This document shows, in pieces, positions 1 to 13,511 of a stretch of 64,000 bases of DNA. The notes beneath the pieces are model-generated. The model saw nothing but the letters and a program-made list of their open reading frames with translations, searched no databases and was not told where the DNA came from. The first letter of the stretch is position 1. Every line of letters starts with the position of its first letter. Source of the stretch: Octopus vulgaris (lineage: Eukaryota); contig OX597820.1 of the NCBI GenBank assembly GCA_951406725.2, forward strand, positions 123,132,001-123,196,000, read 5' to 3'. A program made the position numbers and the translations under genes.

Positions 1-509
1 GTTGTATACATGTTGAAACTGCAGTTGTTTTCGAAAGAGTAACTTTTGAGTTCACTATACACTCACACAGCAATTATATATATATATATAACTTTGATAA
101 CTCTAATAACTTTGATAGGTTTCTGCCAGTATAGGCCCAGGCCATGTCTAACTTAATAGCACCACCCGGTGAAGTCTTTTAGTCACATATGGGGTACCAT
201 GGCCCACTCTAGCAAAGAGTTATTATTGTTGGAGACATAACCGGGTGTAGGTGATTGGTCTAGGATTTTTTGAAGAAATTTGTCCAGTGAATATTTGAAT
301 TTTATGGGATCCGTTTCCGTTTTGACATATTTGGTATGGTATTAAAGAGAGCTGGTAAAGTAATTGTGACATAATTTTGCTATGTATACCGAGCTCGATT
401 TTTGTAGCGGGCGGATAGAACAGGGCCCAAGACATGGGTGAATTTTAAAACTGATGCCGACATCATATTGATGGAATGGAATATTTTCCACATAACACAA
501 ATGATGTAG

Positions 510-878
510 CGCTCCTAGCGGCGTTGGAGAGAGTAAATCGACCTCAGTGCTTATTTTTTGTAAGCCTAGTACTTATACTATTGGTCTATTTTGCCGAACT
601 GCTTCGTTACGGGGATGCAAACACACCAACATCAAGCAATGGTGGGAGGACAAACACAGACACACAAATACATAAATACACACGCACACACACACACACA
701 GACATATATATTTACGACAGGCTTCTTTCAGTTTCCGTCTACCAAATCCACTCACAAGGCTTTGGTCGGCTCGTGGCTATAGTAGAAGACACTTGCCCAA
801 AGTGCCACGCAGTGGGACTGAACCCGGAACCATGTGGTTGGCAAGCAAGCTACTTACTACACAGTCACTCCTGCGCCT
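510..878 (-). mobile_element. tRNA-headed SINE, family A
   Basis: The minus strand starts AGGCGCAGGAGTG..TGG (A box) and has GGTTCAGTCCC (B box), then GGCACTTTGGGCAAGTGTCTTCT. It matches the copies at 9240, 17523, 24525 and 31190. Confidence 0.85.
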
Positions 879-883
879 ATGGA

Positions 884-1174
884 AGCCTATTACTTATTCA
901 ATCGGTCTCTTTTGCCGAACCACTAAGTTACGGGGACGTAAACACACCAGCATCATATGTCAAGTGATGGTAGGGCGGGGACAAACACAGGCTCACAAAC
1001 ATATGCATATATGACGGGCTTCTTTCAATTTCCTTCTACCAACTCCACTCATAAGACTTTGGGTCGGTTCGAGGCTATAGTAGAAGACACTTGCCCAAAG
1101 TTTCATGCAGTGGGACTGAACCCGAAACCATGTGGTTGGTAAGCAAGCTTCTTACCACTCAACCACGCCTGCGC

Positions 1175-1175
<1 letters not shown>
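884..1175 (-). mobile_element. second family-A SINE in tandem with the first
   Basis: Repeats the body and head of 510-878 (CCGAACCACTAAGTTACGGGGACGTAAACACACC ... GGGACTGAACCC). Confidence 0.8.
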
Positions 1176-1255
<80 letters not shown>

Positions 1256-1308
1256 AGAGTATTGTAGTTCGCCTGAAGCACTGTGTATTGTTTGTGAAGA
1301 ATAAAAAG

Positions 1309-1392
1309 CTTTGAATGGTACAACAATGCTCTATAATTCAAACAACAGGTATATACCCGTTATTTGAATTATAGTGCATTGTACCATTCAAA
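1309..1392. repeat. imperfect ~40-bp-arm palindrome between (TA)n tracts
   Basis: TTTGAATGGTACAA..TGC.CTATAATTCAAA..GGTA/TACC..TTTGAATTATAG.GCA.TTGTACCATTCAAA. Confidence 0.8.
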
Positions 1393-1447
<55 letters not shown>

Positions 1448-2760
1448 TGGGTTTCCATATAGTTTCCCCTGCTAAATTTTATTCAGTAAGTATTGATTGA
1501 CCCGAAAGCGCGATATATGTTAACTTTGACGGGTTTCAAGGATTACAAAGAGAAATATTCTCACATTGCAGAAATTTGAGGAAGAAGATCAAAAGTGTGA
1601 TGAAAACTGCAGTTATCTTCGTTGTCAAGCATTTTACTCCAGACTCTCATAAATCAAGACACATCAAGGCCAAATATAAGTCAATTTATCTCAAAGATAA
1701 AGACAGAGCTTCAAAGTTACTGGGGGAAATAGAAATAGTTAAGACAAGAATGCAATGTACACCTCACCAGTCCCTACTTAAGTCAGCCATTATAGATTTC
1801 TTCCTAAGAAATGGTTCAAACAGCCAAGAATTCTAGAAGTTGTTATCTGAAATACTAAACGCCCATTAAAACATCAAACCACAGTAAAACGCGTATCAGT
1901 ATTCGTTTTCTTATTGTTGTTAGTGTTGACATGATTAAGGGTGGGGTAGAGTTAGGCCCTTGATATTGTTGATAGTTGTTAGTTTTGTTGGTGGGCTTAT
2001 TGAATTTCACATTGTTTTAAGCAAAGCTTCTCTTTCCATTTCACCTCTGACATATTTGTATATTCCAACTGATAGCAATCAGAGCGTTGGTTATTGTGAA
2101 TACATTTAATTCTTCTTTATTTGGAAATATCTTTGAGTCTCTTTGTAAGACTCACACCTTCCCTCTTTCTTTCCCACTCTCTCGCTCCCTCACACACTCT
2201 CTCTCTTTCTCACCCTCTCTACACACAAATCTCTTTATCCTCTGTCTCTCCCACACAACTCTTTCTCTCTCTCACACACTCTTTCTTTCCCTTATATCCT
2301 TCTCTCCTCCTCTCTCTTAATCTCTCTCTTTGAACTAGCGCACAACCACACACCTCACAAACCCAGACAGTAAACATAAATATACATACATTTCATTTTC
2401 GAGGGACAGGAAACCGAATAGAGGGAATTTCACGATACTGTTGATCTCCGATTACAGCTAATTGGTATTTCTTATTCGATGCGTTCATTCGGCCGACGAT
2501 CACTTGTGCAACTCTCCTGATGAAATTTCTGAAGGGCCAGAATATTTTACTTACGTTGCTATAAAAACATACACACACGCACACACACACACGCACACAT
2601 GTGCCTTGTATAAGATTTAAGACGTTGAGGAAACTTGTTCCTGACACTAGAGACAGAAATGGAAATGAAAAACGTGAGCCGTTTTTTTTTTTTGCTTTGC
2701 ACGTGTCCCTTACGCGATATTTTTCGGAAACACAATGAAAAGCCTTTCCTCATAACTTTC

Positions 2761-3059
2761 AAACATATTCTGTTGTGTCTGGGGAGGGTCATTCTCTTTT
2801 AGTGCTTTATTATTTAACATACACACCGGTAAAATTTCCACTTATTTCTTATTTTTATTTTCTAAAATTTTCCTTGCGTGTTGCAACCTTTTCAATAGTC
2901 TTGCAATAGCCTTGCAACCTTTTCAATAGTCAAGATTATTGAAAAGGTTGCAACACGCAACGAAAATTTTAGAAAATAAAAATAAGAAATAAGTGGAGTG
3001 TATTAAATAATAAGGCACTAAAAGAGAATGACTCTCCCCAGACACAACAGAATATGTTT
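2761..3059. repeat. ~300-bp fold-back (inverted repeat)
   Basis: AAACATATTCTGTTGTGTCTGGGGAG.. at 2761 is the reverse complement of ..CTCCCCAGACACAACAGAATATGTTT at 3059. The centre contains a short tandem duplication (TTGCAACCTTTTCAATAGTC x2). Confidence 0.9.
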
Positions 3060-3307
3060 CAACACACGAACTCATATAAAGAATCTTGCAAACCAAATCC
3101 AATCACGAAATATTTCATACATATAATATTTTAAAATCATTTATAATATTTCAATAATTCAACAAGTAATTTAACAGAAAACATTGCTAGAATATTGAAA
3201 TTCTCAGCCTTTCAGGTATAAATTATTAAAGAATACTCTACATTTACATGTACTAAATAGCATCTCGCTGAATCAATTGAAATTTTTGTAGGTGTATATA
3301 TGACTGC

Positions 3308-3342
<35 letters not shown>

Positions 3343-3354
3343 CGCGCGTGTCTA

Positions 3355-3389
<35 letters not shown>

Positions 3390-4134
3390 GTAAGCCGTCT
3401 AAAAGTCCATAAGTCAGGATAAAATACATTCGTATATCTGTCAGTTCAGTGTACAGTATTATATATTCATTACGGATGATCTTACAAATCGGTTTCGCAC
3501 TAGGGATTGAACGGAGTGGTAGGTAACAGGCCGAATATGTAACCTGCACTTTTCAGAAGTAGCCGCTATGGAATGAAATATGGCGATTGTTGTCTCTTGT
3601 TCAAGATGAACAGTGACATCCGTTTTGTGACTGCTATGAAAAAAATCGGTGACACGAACTGAGCAGGGGTTAAGTTAATAGTTATATCCTTTGGTACCAA
3701 AAACACCATCTCTGGGAGTTTTTCAAGTTGGCAAGAGTTTTCTGGAAGAGAGTTTATGGAAAATGTGTGTATCTTTAAGTTTGGTATTCTTGTAGAAATG
3801 AGATGTGTGTAGTGGTACTATATGTATAGCCTTTGCGGGGATGGGGAGCATACACATCTGTTTCCTTAGTGTGTTTTCTTTCTTTTATGTTTTGGCTAAA
3901 TTCTTGGGGCATTTATGTATGCATACAGTATGTATAGAGGTACAATATGTGTGGAGGCTTATATGGGGAGATGGAAAAATGTCTATTGGGTGAACGCTCG
4001 TTGTGCTGGGGCCTGTGTGTTTGTGAGTGCGCTTGTGTATGTTCTGGCCAAACGCTTTGCGGGACTCCCAGGTATTAGTTGAGCGAGGGCCGAAGCTGGT
4101 GGTGCTGGTGATTGTAGTCACAATGGGTCACGCA

Positions 4135-4520
4135 GGAATAGGATATACTTCTTTACATATGGGCAAAGATTAAAAATGTCACTTCTGCTGTTCAGGTTGA
4201 AACAAGGATGCTGGGAGCTCTTTAATATCGCTCTTTTCTCAGCCAGGCATAATCTACACTTCATGCTGCTAATGAAGTACGGTTTAAGTTCCTCCACTTT
4301 TTACTGTACATTGTGAAGCTTTCTTTCAACGTCAATACGTATTTGGCCAGGGTTGCGATGTTACGTCTCCCCGGTGTGTTGAAGGAGGACTTGTGGTTGT
4401 TATAGTGGGTTCTGAATGGGCCTTCAGTTGCTTCCACGTACTTTCGCACGTTTGGTTGCCTATTGCTGGTACCTCTGCCTCGTATAGGACGGTCTCTGTA
4501 TTACAGAAGCCGTTCGGTGG
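4135..4520 (-). pseudogene. Penelope-like element GIY-YIG endonuclease remnant
   Basis: Frameshifted minus translation: ETVLYEAEV / KYVEATEGPFRTHYNNHKSSF..TLAKYVLTLK..W / KCRLCLAEKRAIL..LNSRSDIFNLCPYVKKY. Motif order matches the 59400-60113 protein. Confidence 0.8.
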
Positions 4521-4624
4521 ATGAGATTCCTGCCTCTGTCTCAGGTGTGGGCCTACCTACTAAAAACCTTTTTTGCATTGGGTGCTCAGCGAAATGAAAC
4601 TCTCAGGGTCTGCCTATTAAATAT

Positions 4625-5973
4625 TTTGCTGAACATATTTTTATGAATGCTATTTCTGTAGGACTATAGTGGCTGGATTCAATAAGAAGAATTCGGATCG
4701 CATAATTTACACAAATATTCCGTCAGCAATAAGGCCTGTTTCACACTCAGATAATATTCCTATATTTTTGCCACCTGAGACATGGAAAATTCCATCATGG
4801 TCTGATACTAGTGTTACTAATGCGATAGAAGTAGACTATGAACCACCAACAAATGACGATCGCAAACTCTTCAACGAAGTTGAGCTCAATTACTCGGTGA
4901 GGGACTTTCACTTTCCAAGAGAAAGTGCTCAGTTACTTGACTCTAGACTGAAAGAACACAGGCTTCTAGCTTCTGGAACATTACCTTGCTATCGTCATCG
5001 TGAAGAGGAATTCACTCAGGTATTTGAGAAACAGGATTCTTTAGTTTCCAGTTCAAAACTTTCTGACCTTATTGAACACATGGAGATGTCGTACAAAACT
5101 GTGAATGGAAGTTTAAAGGTATTCTCTGCAATGTCGACGCAGCTGCATCTGTACCAATTGGCGATGGTGTCCAAAATTCAGAATCTTATGAAACCATGAA
5201 GACACTAATAACTGCTATCAAGTACCATCATCACAATTTTCTCACTTGTGGTGATTTAAACGTAATTGCACTCCTACTAGATCTTCAAGGGTGATACACC
5301 ATGTATCCCTCTTTCCTTTGTCTTTGGGATAGTATGGCAGATAGCCAGCACTTTGAACAGAAAGACTGGCCACCAAGAACCAACTCCTTACCCGGAATAC
5401 ACAAAGTGATAGCTGTGCCACGCGTTGACCATAAAGAATTCTGCTGCCAACATTCCACATCAAATTGGGGCTTATGAAAACTTTTGTGAAGACCCCGAAC
5501 AAGAGTGGAGCTGTCTTCAAGTATCTAGAGACAAGGCTTTTTCGTATAAGTGAAGGTAAGCCAACGGCAGGAATCTTTGTTGGTCCTCAGATTCGGGAAT
5601 TGATGGAAGTCAAGCATTTTGAGGAAGCATTCGCAGATGTCGAGGTGAATGCCTGGCTTTTCTTCAAATTTATTGGGAAACAGCCGTTCCCCAGACCCGA
5701 TTTCAAGGTTCCAACAAGTTGGGTTTAGAATGAGTGTCAAAAATGCACTTTTTGCACTCACATCGTGACTATTTTGCTACGAATTATGGGGACTGCCGTG
5801 AGGAACAAGGAGAGCGATTCGATCAAGATATTTCTGCCATGGATCCTCGATAGCTGGGTAAATGGAATGTCAGCATGATGGCGGATTACTGCTGGTCATT
5901 GGAACGTCATGGCTCGGATGCACAGCATAAGCGGAATCCAGAGCGGTCCTCCTTCTTTTCAATCAACACGTAG
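4625..5973 (+). pseudogene. degenerate DDE transposase, Chapaev3-like (CMC group)
   Basis: Across frameshifts: ECYFC, YTNIPSAIRPVSH, LDSRLKE, FHIKLGLMKTFVK, GIFVGPQIRELM, EEQGERFDQDI, MADYCW. The family name comes from motif recall. Confidence 0.75.
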
Positions 5974-6159
5974 ACTAACCATTTTCAATGAAGATGTTTT
6001 AAATAGCATCCTCTCCTTCTCAATTATTTTGCTCATTATCTTGCTAAATTGCTGCCACGTAAAATGTTCTTAAAAATAATTTTGCGAAACGAATGTTCCG
6101 AAAGTTATATTTGCCAGAAAGGAGCAAAAAGAAATCTCTTAAAGATGTAAACAAAAACC

Positions 6160-6215
<56 letters not shown>

Positions 6216-6323
6216 TTCTTTAGAGTGACCCTAATGTGATATTTGCTAATCAGTATCTATGGCAATTTTTCACTCCATTACTTCAATGTATTTCATAAAT
6301 TAAATATTACTCTTTTTATTGGG

Positions 6324-6406
<83 letters not shown>

Positions 6407-6671
6407 AAAATTAAGGCAAGGTAGTAAAGAAAAACAAATGAAAGCTGCAATATATAAAAATGGTTTTCATCGATGGAATTAACTCAGTGCACGGTGACTG
6501 ACATTATTTTACCAAGTTTTAAGCCTACGAAATACAAGGTTGGGGAATTTCGGTAATCTTAAAATAAAAATGTCGAAGGAAGAAGAACGTTACAAATTTT
6601 CATCGGAGTTCTACCGATTGAGCATCTACAACCAGTATTGATGATGGCGACGATGCCGATGATTATGATGG

Positions 6672-6714
<43 letters not shown>

Positions 6715-7185
6715 AGCGATGGCGACGACGACGACGACGATGATGATGATATATTAGCGACGGAGGCATTATTAATACCGAGAAGTGATATTTCTTTCCC
6801 CATAAACATGGACGTTCTTTTAGAACAAACTATACTGCGGTTGATACTACAAGAGAAAGACTCACACAGGTTTTTCGATGTAAAGAGCTCGATTGTTTAT
6901 ATCGCTAACGGGGAGATAAATCCGCACCAACTCCAGCGCCGAGCCCACCAGGTCACGTAATTTCGACGTTCCTTGATCTCATCAATGACGGATGCTTGAC
7001 AGCTTGAGATAGCAGCGACTCATCTCTCCGCCAGCAATATAGAATACCAGTGCCAGAACAGTCGCTCGTGTCACGATTAGCCAGTGAGCTTTTAAATAAT
7101 ATATATATATATATATATATACATACATATATATTAACAGAGTCAGTATCAATACCGACAGGTAAAACTTATTCCCGCTTAATCT

Positions 7186-7218
<33 letters not shown>

Positions 7219-7329
7219 CAACGATGACGATGATGATGGCCGTTGTGGTGTTGATGGTTGTAGGCGGATTCAAATATTGACGCTAGACCAGCAAAAATCC
7301 TTAACGCTCGTTTCTACTGCGCATACGAG

Positions 7330-8135
7330 TGCTTCTGTGTCTATCTTCAGGTCACTCTTCCTCATCTAGAGCCACCGCTTCTCTTAATCTGTCTTGGTGT
7401 TCACATCTCTTGCGAACTCACCGTACATTTTTTTCCTTCCATGCTTTTACTTTTCTTTCTTTTTTTTTTTCATTTCTTATTCAAATTTTTCTAGTTACAC
7501 AATTTTCTATGTTGATGATACCGGACTTCCTCGTGTGTTTCAATAGTGGCTCCACGGCATTTTTTATATACCACGCTAGGCTGTTTTACTCTGCTTCGAT
7601 ACAGTCCTGGCAACCGATCAAACCTCTGCCACCCTTTCTTCTGGACAAGTACAGCCTATCGGTGTCAATCTGAGGGTGGAAAGCTCCGTGTACTGTCATC
7701 ATTTTTCTGGTCTTCGCATCCCTTTTCTTCATTTCTTTTTTTTTACCATTTTATTATTCCCACTCCATACTAAAGTGATACTATTGCCTACCTATTAACT
7801 GCTTGGAGTTCATTCCATTCAGCCGAGTTTGAATGCAACACCAATCTCGGTCTTTGGAAATACTCCATCTTCAGTTGCTCTTTCATTTCGTTTTCCATTA
7901 TCTCATTAATTTCTAAAACACCAAGGTATTTCCTTCCCTTTCAATTCGTTTAATCACGTCTGTGACCCGTACTTCTATCCCTGGTAGGATCTGTCTCTTG
8001 CTTCTTTTTAGGTAGATTACTCCGCACTTCTTGAGTCCAAATTCTAATATCAGTACTAAAACAGTTGACCGTGTTCATCAAGGAATTCACTTGTTTCTCA
8101 TCTTTGCCATAGTTTCAGAGCATCCATAGTCGTTG
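7330..8135 (-). pseudogene. R4/Dong-like non-LTR reverse transcriptase remnant
   Basis: Minus translation includes LEFGLKKC, HGAFHPQIDTDRLYLSRRKGGRGLIG and AWKEKMYG; homologous to 56700-57310. Confidence 0.75.
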
Positions 8136-8225
8136 ATTGTTTGGGATTTTTCCCTTAGAGAGAGAAAATCTACATACATATATATATATATTCGTGCGTG
8201 TATGTGAGTGTATGTAGACAAACAC

Positions 8226-8333
<108 letters not shown>

Positions 8334-9239
8334 GCTCACACATACATACACACACTCACAAGGAATAACATATATTCTAGGTGCTAACATTATAACAATG
8401 ACAATCGTGTTTTAACAGTTGCGAAATGTGCCACAAGTGTATGGAGGGAAAACCGCTGACTAAATTGACCACAGGACTTCACATATGTGTAACACATCGA
8501 CACCGGAAGGATAGAAACTATCAAAATCAGAATGGAAGAGGAAAAGGACAAGATACCACATGAACATTTTTACCCGCGGGTTACTGATGATTCTGCGCTC
8601 ATTCTGCAATCTACAACTAGTGTATTCTTCTACAAGAAAATTATTATCATAAAAATCTCTCTGTGCATTTTGAGCAGTATTACAGAGAATATTATCAATG
8701 CGGTTGATGCTTTAAGATTTTCATCCAGATATTTGTAATATTTCACTTCACCTTTCACTGTCCCAGTAGCATAACTAGTATGCTTACAAGTTTATGGAAA
8801 TATAATAGTAGTGAACTACTTTTTAATATTATTATTGTTTAAATTAGATTTTTCAATTACAAAACGCAAAGCTAAACAGAATATTAAGTCTAGTGAGATT
8901 GGTTTTGCATTATCGATCTTAAAAGATGAGAAACCAAAATAGACTTCAAAGAGATTTCATTTCAAGATAATATGGCATTGGAACTATTATTGTGACTTCT
9001 TTGGTCAAGGTCTCTGAATTAACGTGAATTTCACTCTGCCGCTCCTAAGTTTGTATTAACTGCAAGAATTTCTTTAAGAATTTCTCAAATGATTAAACAA
9101 AATATAAAACGAAGCTATTTTAGGTTTTGTTCACAGACCAATCAATCAGTTATTAAACTATAAAATAGTTCGTTCTAAGTGCGAAGTTCTCCTCTTATCA
9201 TTAGAATCGAGAGGGTTAAAAATATTGGATTAAAGTCTA

Positions 9240-9633
9240 TACTCTTTTACTTGTTTCAGTCATTTGACTGCGGCCATGCTGGAGCACCGCCTTTAGTCGA
9301 GCAAATCAACCCCGGGACTTATTCTTTGTAAGCCCAGTACTTATTCTATCGGTCTCTTTTCGCCGAACCGCTAAGTGACGGGGACGTAAACACACCAGCA
9401 TTGGTTGTCAAGCATTGCTAGGGGGACAAACACAGACACACAAACACACACACATATATATACATATATACGACGGGCTTCTTTCAGTTTCGTCTACCAA
9501 ATCCACTCACAAGGCATTGGTCGGCCCGGGGCTATAGCAGAAGACACTTGCCCAAGATGTCACGCAGTGGGACTGAACCCGGAACCATGTGGTTGGTTAG
9601 CAAGCTACTTACCACGCAGCCACTCCTGCGCCT
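9240..9633 (-). mobile_element. full-length family-A tRNA-headed SINE
   Basis: A and B boxes at the 9633 end, an internal (CA)/(TA) tract, and the 3' tail GCGGTGCTCCAGCATGGCCGCAGTCAAATGACTGAAACAAGTAAAAGAGTA. Confidence 0.9.
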
Positions 9634-9647
9634 ATATACATTTTCGC

Positions 9648-10385
9648 ATGAATTACAAAAGCAAGTGTAGAAGCTTATGCAAATTTTACCTGCAGGGGAA
9701 CTGCTGGTACGGTGATGATAGTGCAAACTGCCGCTTTGCACATTAGAAGCCCTACCAAAGTTGCATGGGCCCAACGCAATACTCCCTTCTACGAAGAGGA
9801 CAAAAGGAAAGGCACCAAATAACAAAAGATCGCGCACTATCCACTCTCTAAAGTCGTTATGTAGATATAGTGCGTAACCCAACAAGCAACCAGCCTCACG
9901 CAAATCTGAAAAGGGCAGCAGCTGAACAACAATCTTTTTTGTGCATAGCGGAAGAGATTATCCAGAAGCTGACCTGGTTACAAATACAAACTTGGAATCA
10001 CACCCACCACCACACAGAACCGCCACTGACAACATACAGGATGGCCACCACTAACACCAACACAGGCGTCACAAAATATTTCTTCTAAATATCGGAGGGT
10101 TGTTGCACCCTAACTGCAAAATACAAATCTTGTTCTTGAGAGATCACGCTGCATGCAGCTTTATGCATAGCAATTGTGGAAACGCATCTTAGACCTGATA
10201 TAGAGTATACATAAAGAGACATTCTACAATCTGTTATAATACGACCAAACAGAAAAGAGAGGAGCCATGGAAGAGTTGCTGTGTACACCCGAGAGAACCT
10301 CACGCCGCAGGTCCTGCTATCATATTCAGACTCAGTGTATGACACTCAAATTGTACACCATAAGACAACTTAACATTGTTATATG
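9648..10385 (+). pseudogene. LINE 5' remnant: CCCH zinc finger followed by AP-endonuclease fragment
   Basis: CKFYLQGNCWYGDDSANCRFAH (CCCH finger), then ALCIAIVETHLRPDIE and RSHGRVAVYTRENL (AP-endonuclease motifs), with stops. Confidence 0.65.
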
Positions 10386-13300
10386 TACTACATAAATATA
10401 TCATATGAATAGTGAACAATGAGGAGAGTTTTGGAAATCCTCGTTTGAGAATTTTCAAATTTTACTTATCTACGGTGTCACTGTTATATCTCTCTGTATT
10501 TCACCACAATCTTTGTTACCAGAGATACATCAATATATTTTCTTCAGTATTTCTCTCCCTACAAAGATCTGATCAATGGAGACGTCCTAAACTCTAACCC
10601 ATTACCCCGAAATTTAATCTTTTTGACCCTGCCAACTACCACCCTATTGCACTCACACTGTCTCTGTTTCAATACCTAGAGTGTCTGACTCTCTCCTCGA
10701 TGCCAATCAATACTTTTTCCTTAATTACCAATCACTGGAGAATAATACTTCTCTGTTACTCTGTAGTGAACTCTAATCTTGGAGAATGCTGGTCAAAGCA
10801 ATGCCGTTGCCCTCGACTGCAACAAAGCATTCGGCCTTGTCTTACATGGAAATCTCTGAAAAGTACGAGTTTAAGAGCTTCACTAATATTTGTATCTCTT
10901 AGCTTGGTGAATTTCACTTGGTTCAGTTTTGTCCTTCGATCTTGTCTCTCCGGGAAATCAACGTCCATTTTGACATCATGTGCAGCAACTACTCATACGT
11001 AGTTTCAGATATTGAGCCTCATATGTAATATCTCTCATAGATTAAATCTATTCTTGCCACAGATGGAACTGCATCTCAAAGACTGATAATATTGTTGAAA
11101 TCTCGAAAATACTTGGGTTACCACCAAGTATTGACATTCTATAATATCCACTTTATCTAACAAATAACAAATAGATTTTTACAAAGCATTCAGCCTTGTC
11201 TTACATGGAAATCTCTCAAAGTACGTTGTCTAAGAGCTTCACTAATACTTGTTAACTTGGTGATTTTCACTTCTGGGAACGATGCTGCTGTTGTACGCAG
11301 AAATATCATAGACTGCATTCTGAAAAAAGGGACATCTGACTAGAGTGTGTCTTTAATTAATTGTAATCTATAATCATTTCAGTGTTGATTTCTTCTTTAA
11401 TGCCCCGTCCACGTGAGCGCAACGCCCTCTCTGTGTCTTTTTCTTTTACTACTATAATGACCCCTCTACCTCGAAAATGAGTGTGTCCATGCCAGCTCCA
11501 CTTATACATTTCCCTCTCACTCTTCTTTCCTCCGCTTAACCCCTTTGCTGACTCCATCTTCCTAGACTTTGCAATTGTCTCTGCAACCAGTCGATACAAG
11601 ACCGTCAGCCATCTGAAACTATCTTTCCAGCAGCAGTTGGCTTTGTAGAGAAATATTAATGGCAGTAATCTCACCTGCTACGAGTGCTATTGACATTGAT
11701 GCTTTCTCCAGAACTAGTAATTAAAAAGACGTGCATGCGGCAAGAAACATATATTATTGAGAGACATAGAGTTTCCGTATCGACTCTATTAAAGTAAAGA
11801 CATTATTTCGACCATATTATTGAGTTAAAAGCCATCACCTGTTTGAAAGTTTTGACTTGATGGTTAGTGCAACATGAAATCAATAGCCAAGACACACTTA
11901 AAGCAACCGCTTCCTCCTCCAACACCAATAATTCTCGGAGGTATTGGTTTCAATCAATCATTACAAGGAGTATTCGAAATATATATTTGACAACAATAAT
12001 CACGACAGAATTTAGAAAAAAGAATATCAAAGTAAAGGTATGTATAATGTATTATAGAGTAGTGTGAAAAGTAAATGTATCACACAATTGATATATTTAT
12101 CTAAGTAAACGCTGTTTTACATACAAGCTGTAAATATCATTATTCTTACTTTGACTTAATAACATCTTATTTTCGCTTAGCTTTATTTTTCTTTTCTTGC
12201 TTTCTTGTTTCTTTCCTCCTTTTGATCTTTGTTTTCTATCTTTTACTTTGAATGGTGTATGCCAATTTTCTTAAGATGCATAAGTCTTCTTACAATTAAT
12301 AGAGTCTATTTTTCCAACTTGCTTTGGACAAACAACATTTCTCTATATAAAATATCCTTTACGTTGTATATCTCTATACGTGGATTATATTTTAAGCTTC
12401 AATACTAATATTTCCCCGTAAGCATATTTGTCCACAATCGTATTATTTGTTCGGTAAACAAATATTTCGGGAAAATTATTCATTCCACCTACTTTAAGCA
12501 TATAGATAATTAACATTTTTCTTTCTCGATAATATCTAGTCAAACTTTCTGTCCCATTTTATACAGTTATATAGGAAGGCTGTTCATTCTTTGTTTCGTT
12601 TATCGTGCTACATTGCTGCAAACATACAGCATATATGCTAGTCGGTAATTTTACAGATTGCAAGCATTCATCGTAACTACTACTTTTATATGAATTTCTT
12701 TACAATGTGAAATATAAGCTACACATTGGTTTATTGAAAGTATAATGCTACCATATTCAGCAATTTATGATATTCATGGAAATAAAATTATGGAAAAGTC
12801 CAACGTAAATATTTAGCCAAACCAATGAAAGAAAATCAAATAAATATAAGATCTTCCGTTTTCTGCCTAGTAAATGCAAATACTTTTTAACATGTCAGTA
12901 CTTGCTTTACATTTGTCGTAGTTGGAATATTCTGTGTAGAAAATGTACGTTATTAGAATTTTAAAAGAGAAATATAACAAAACAAAGAGATACAAAACAT
13001 TCAATTGCAAAAGCAAGTATAAAATAACAGAAAGACCGGTTAATCATTAAATAAACCAAAATCTTTCATCAATTATTAAAGTTCCTCTCGTTTGGTTTCT
13101 AAAGCTTCCATCTGCCTACAATGGATAAAAAGTTGTTCTAATTGGTGTTCTTTCAACATGAGGCAGATCAAGCTTCGAAATATGCCAATTAGCAAGCCAT
13201 CCATGGTACATCACCTTTGGTCTCGTATTTCATAGCTTCACCGTTCTTAAAATAAAGATTTCTAAAATTAACATCGTTACTGTTTAAAGTTTACACTTGC

Positions 13301-13466
13301 AATGAAATTTTTTTTTAAATACACTTTAAACATTTTTACAACTGAACTTTCTTCTTGTTCTCCATTACAAAGCAGCAAAAATGATATTTCAAAATTTAAG
13401 TGATATTTATTGAGGAAGGATTCTTGAATGAGAAAGTATTTTTAGTTAAAAAGCCTACATCATGTA

Positions 13467-13511
<45 letters not shown>

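Noticed and set aside
476-967. 163-aa ORF, and similar ORFs at 9405 and 17541
   Set aside because: Antisense or sense read-through of family-A SINEs; the same peptide recurs at each copy.
2935-2990. TTGAAAAG-GTTGC..GCAAC-GAAA hammerhead-like motif in the 300-bp palindrome
   Set aside because: Helix II is good, but there is no helix I and helix III is out of register.
10420-11350. Possible LINE remnant with a duplicated ~90-bp block (10820 and 11180)
   Set aside because: The duplication is visible, but no diagnostic motif could be read with confidence.
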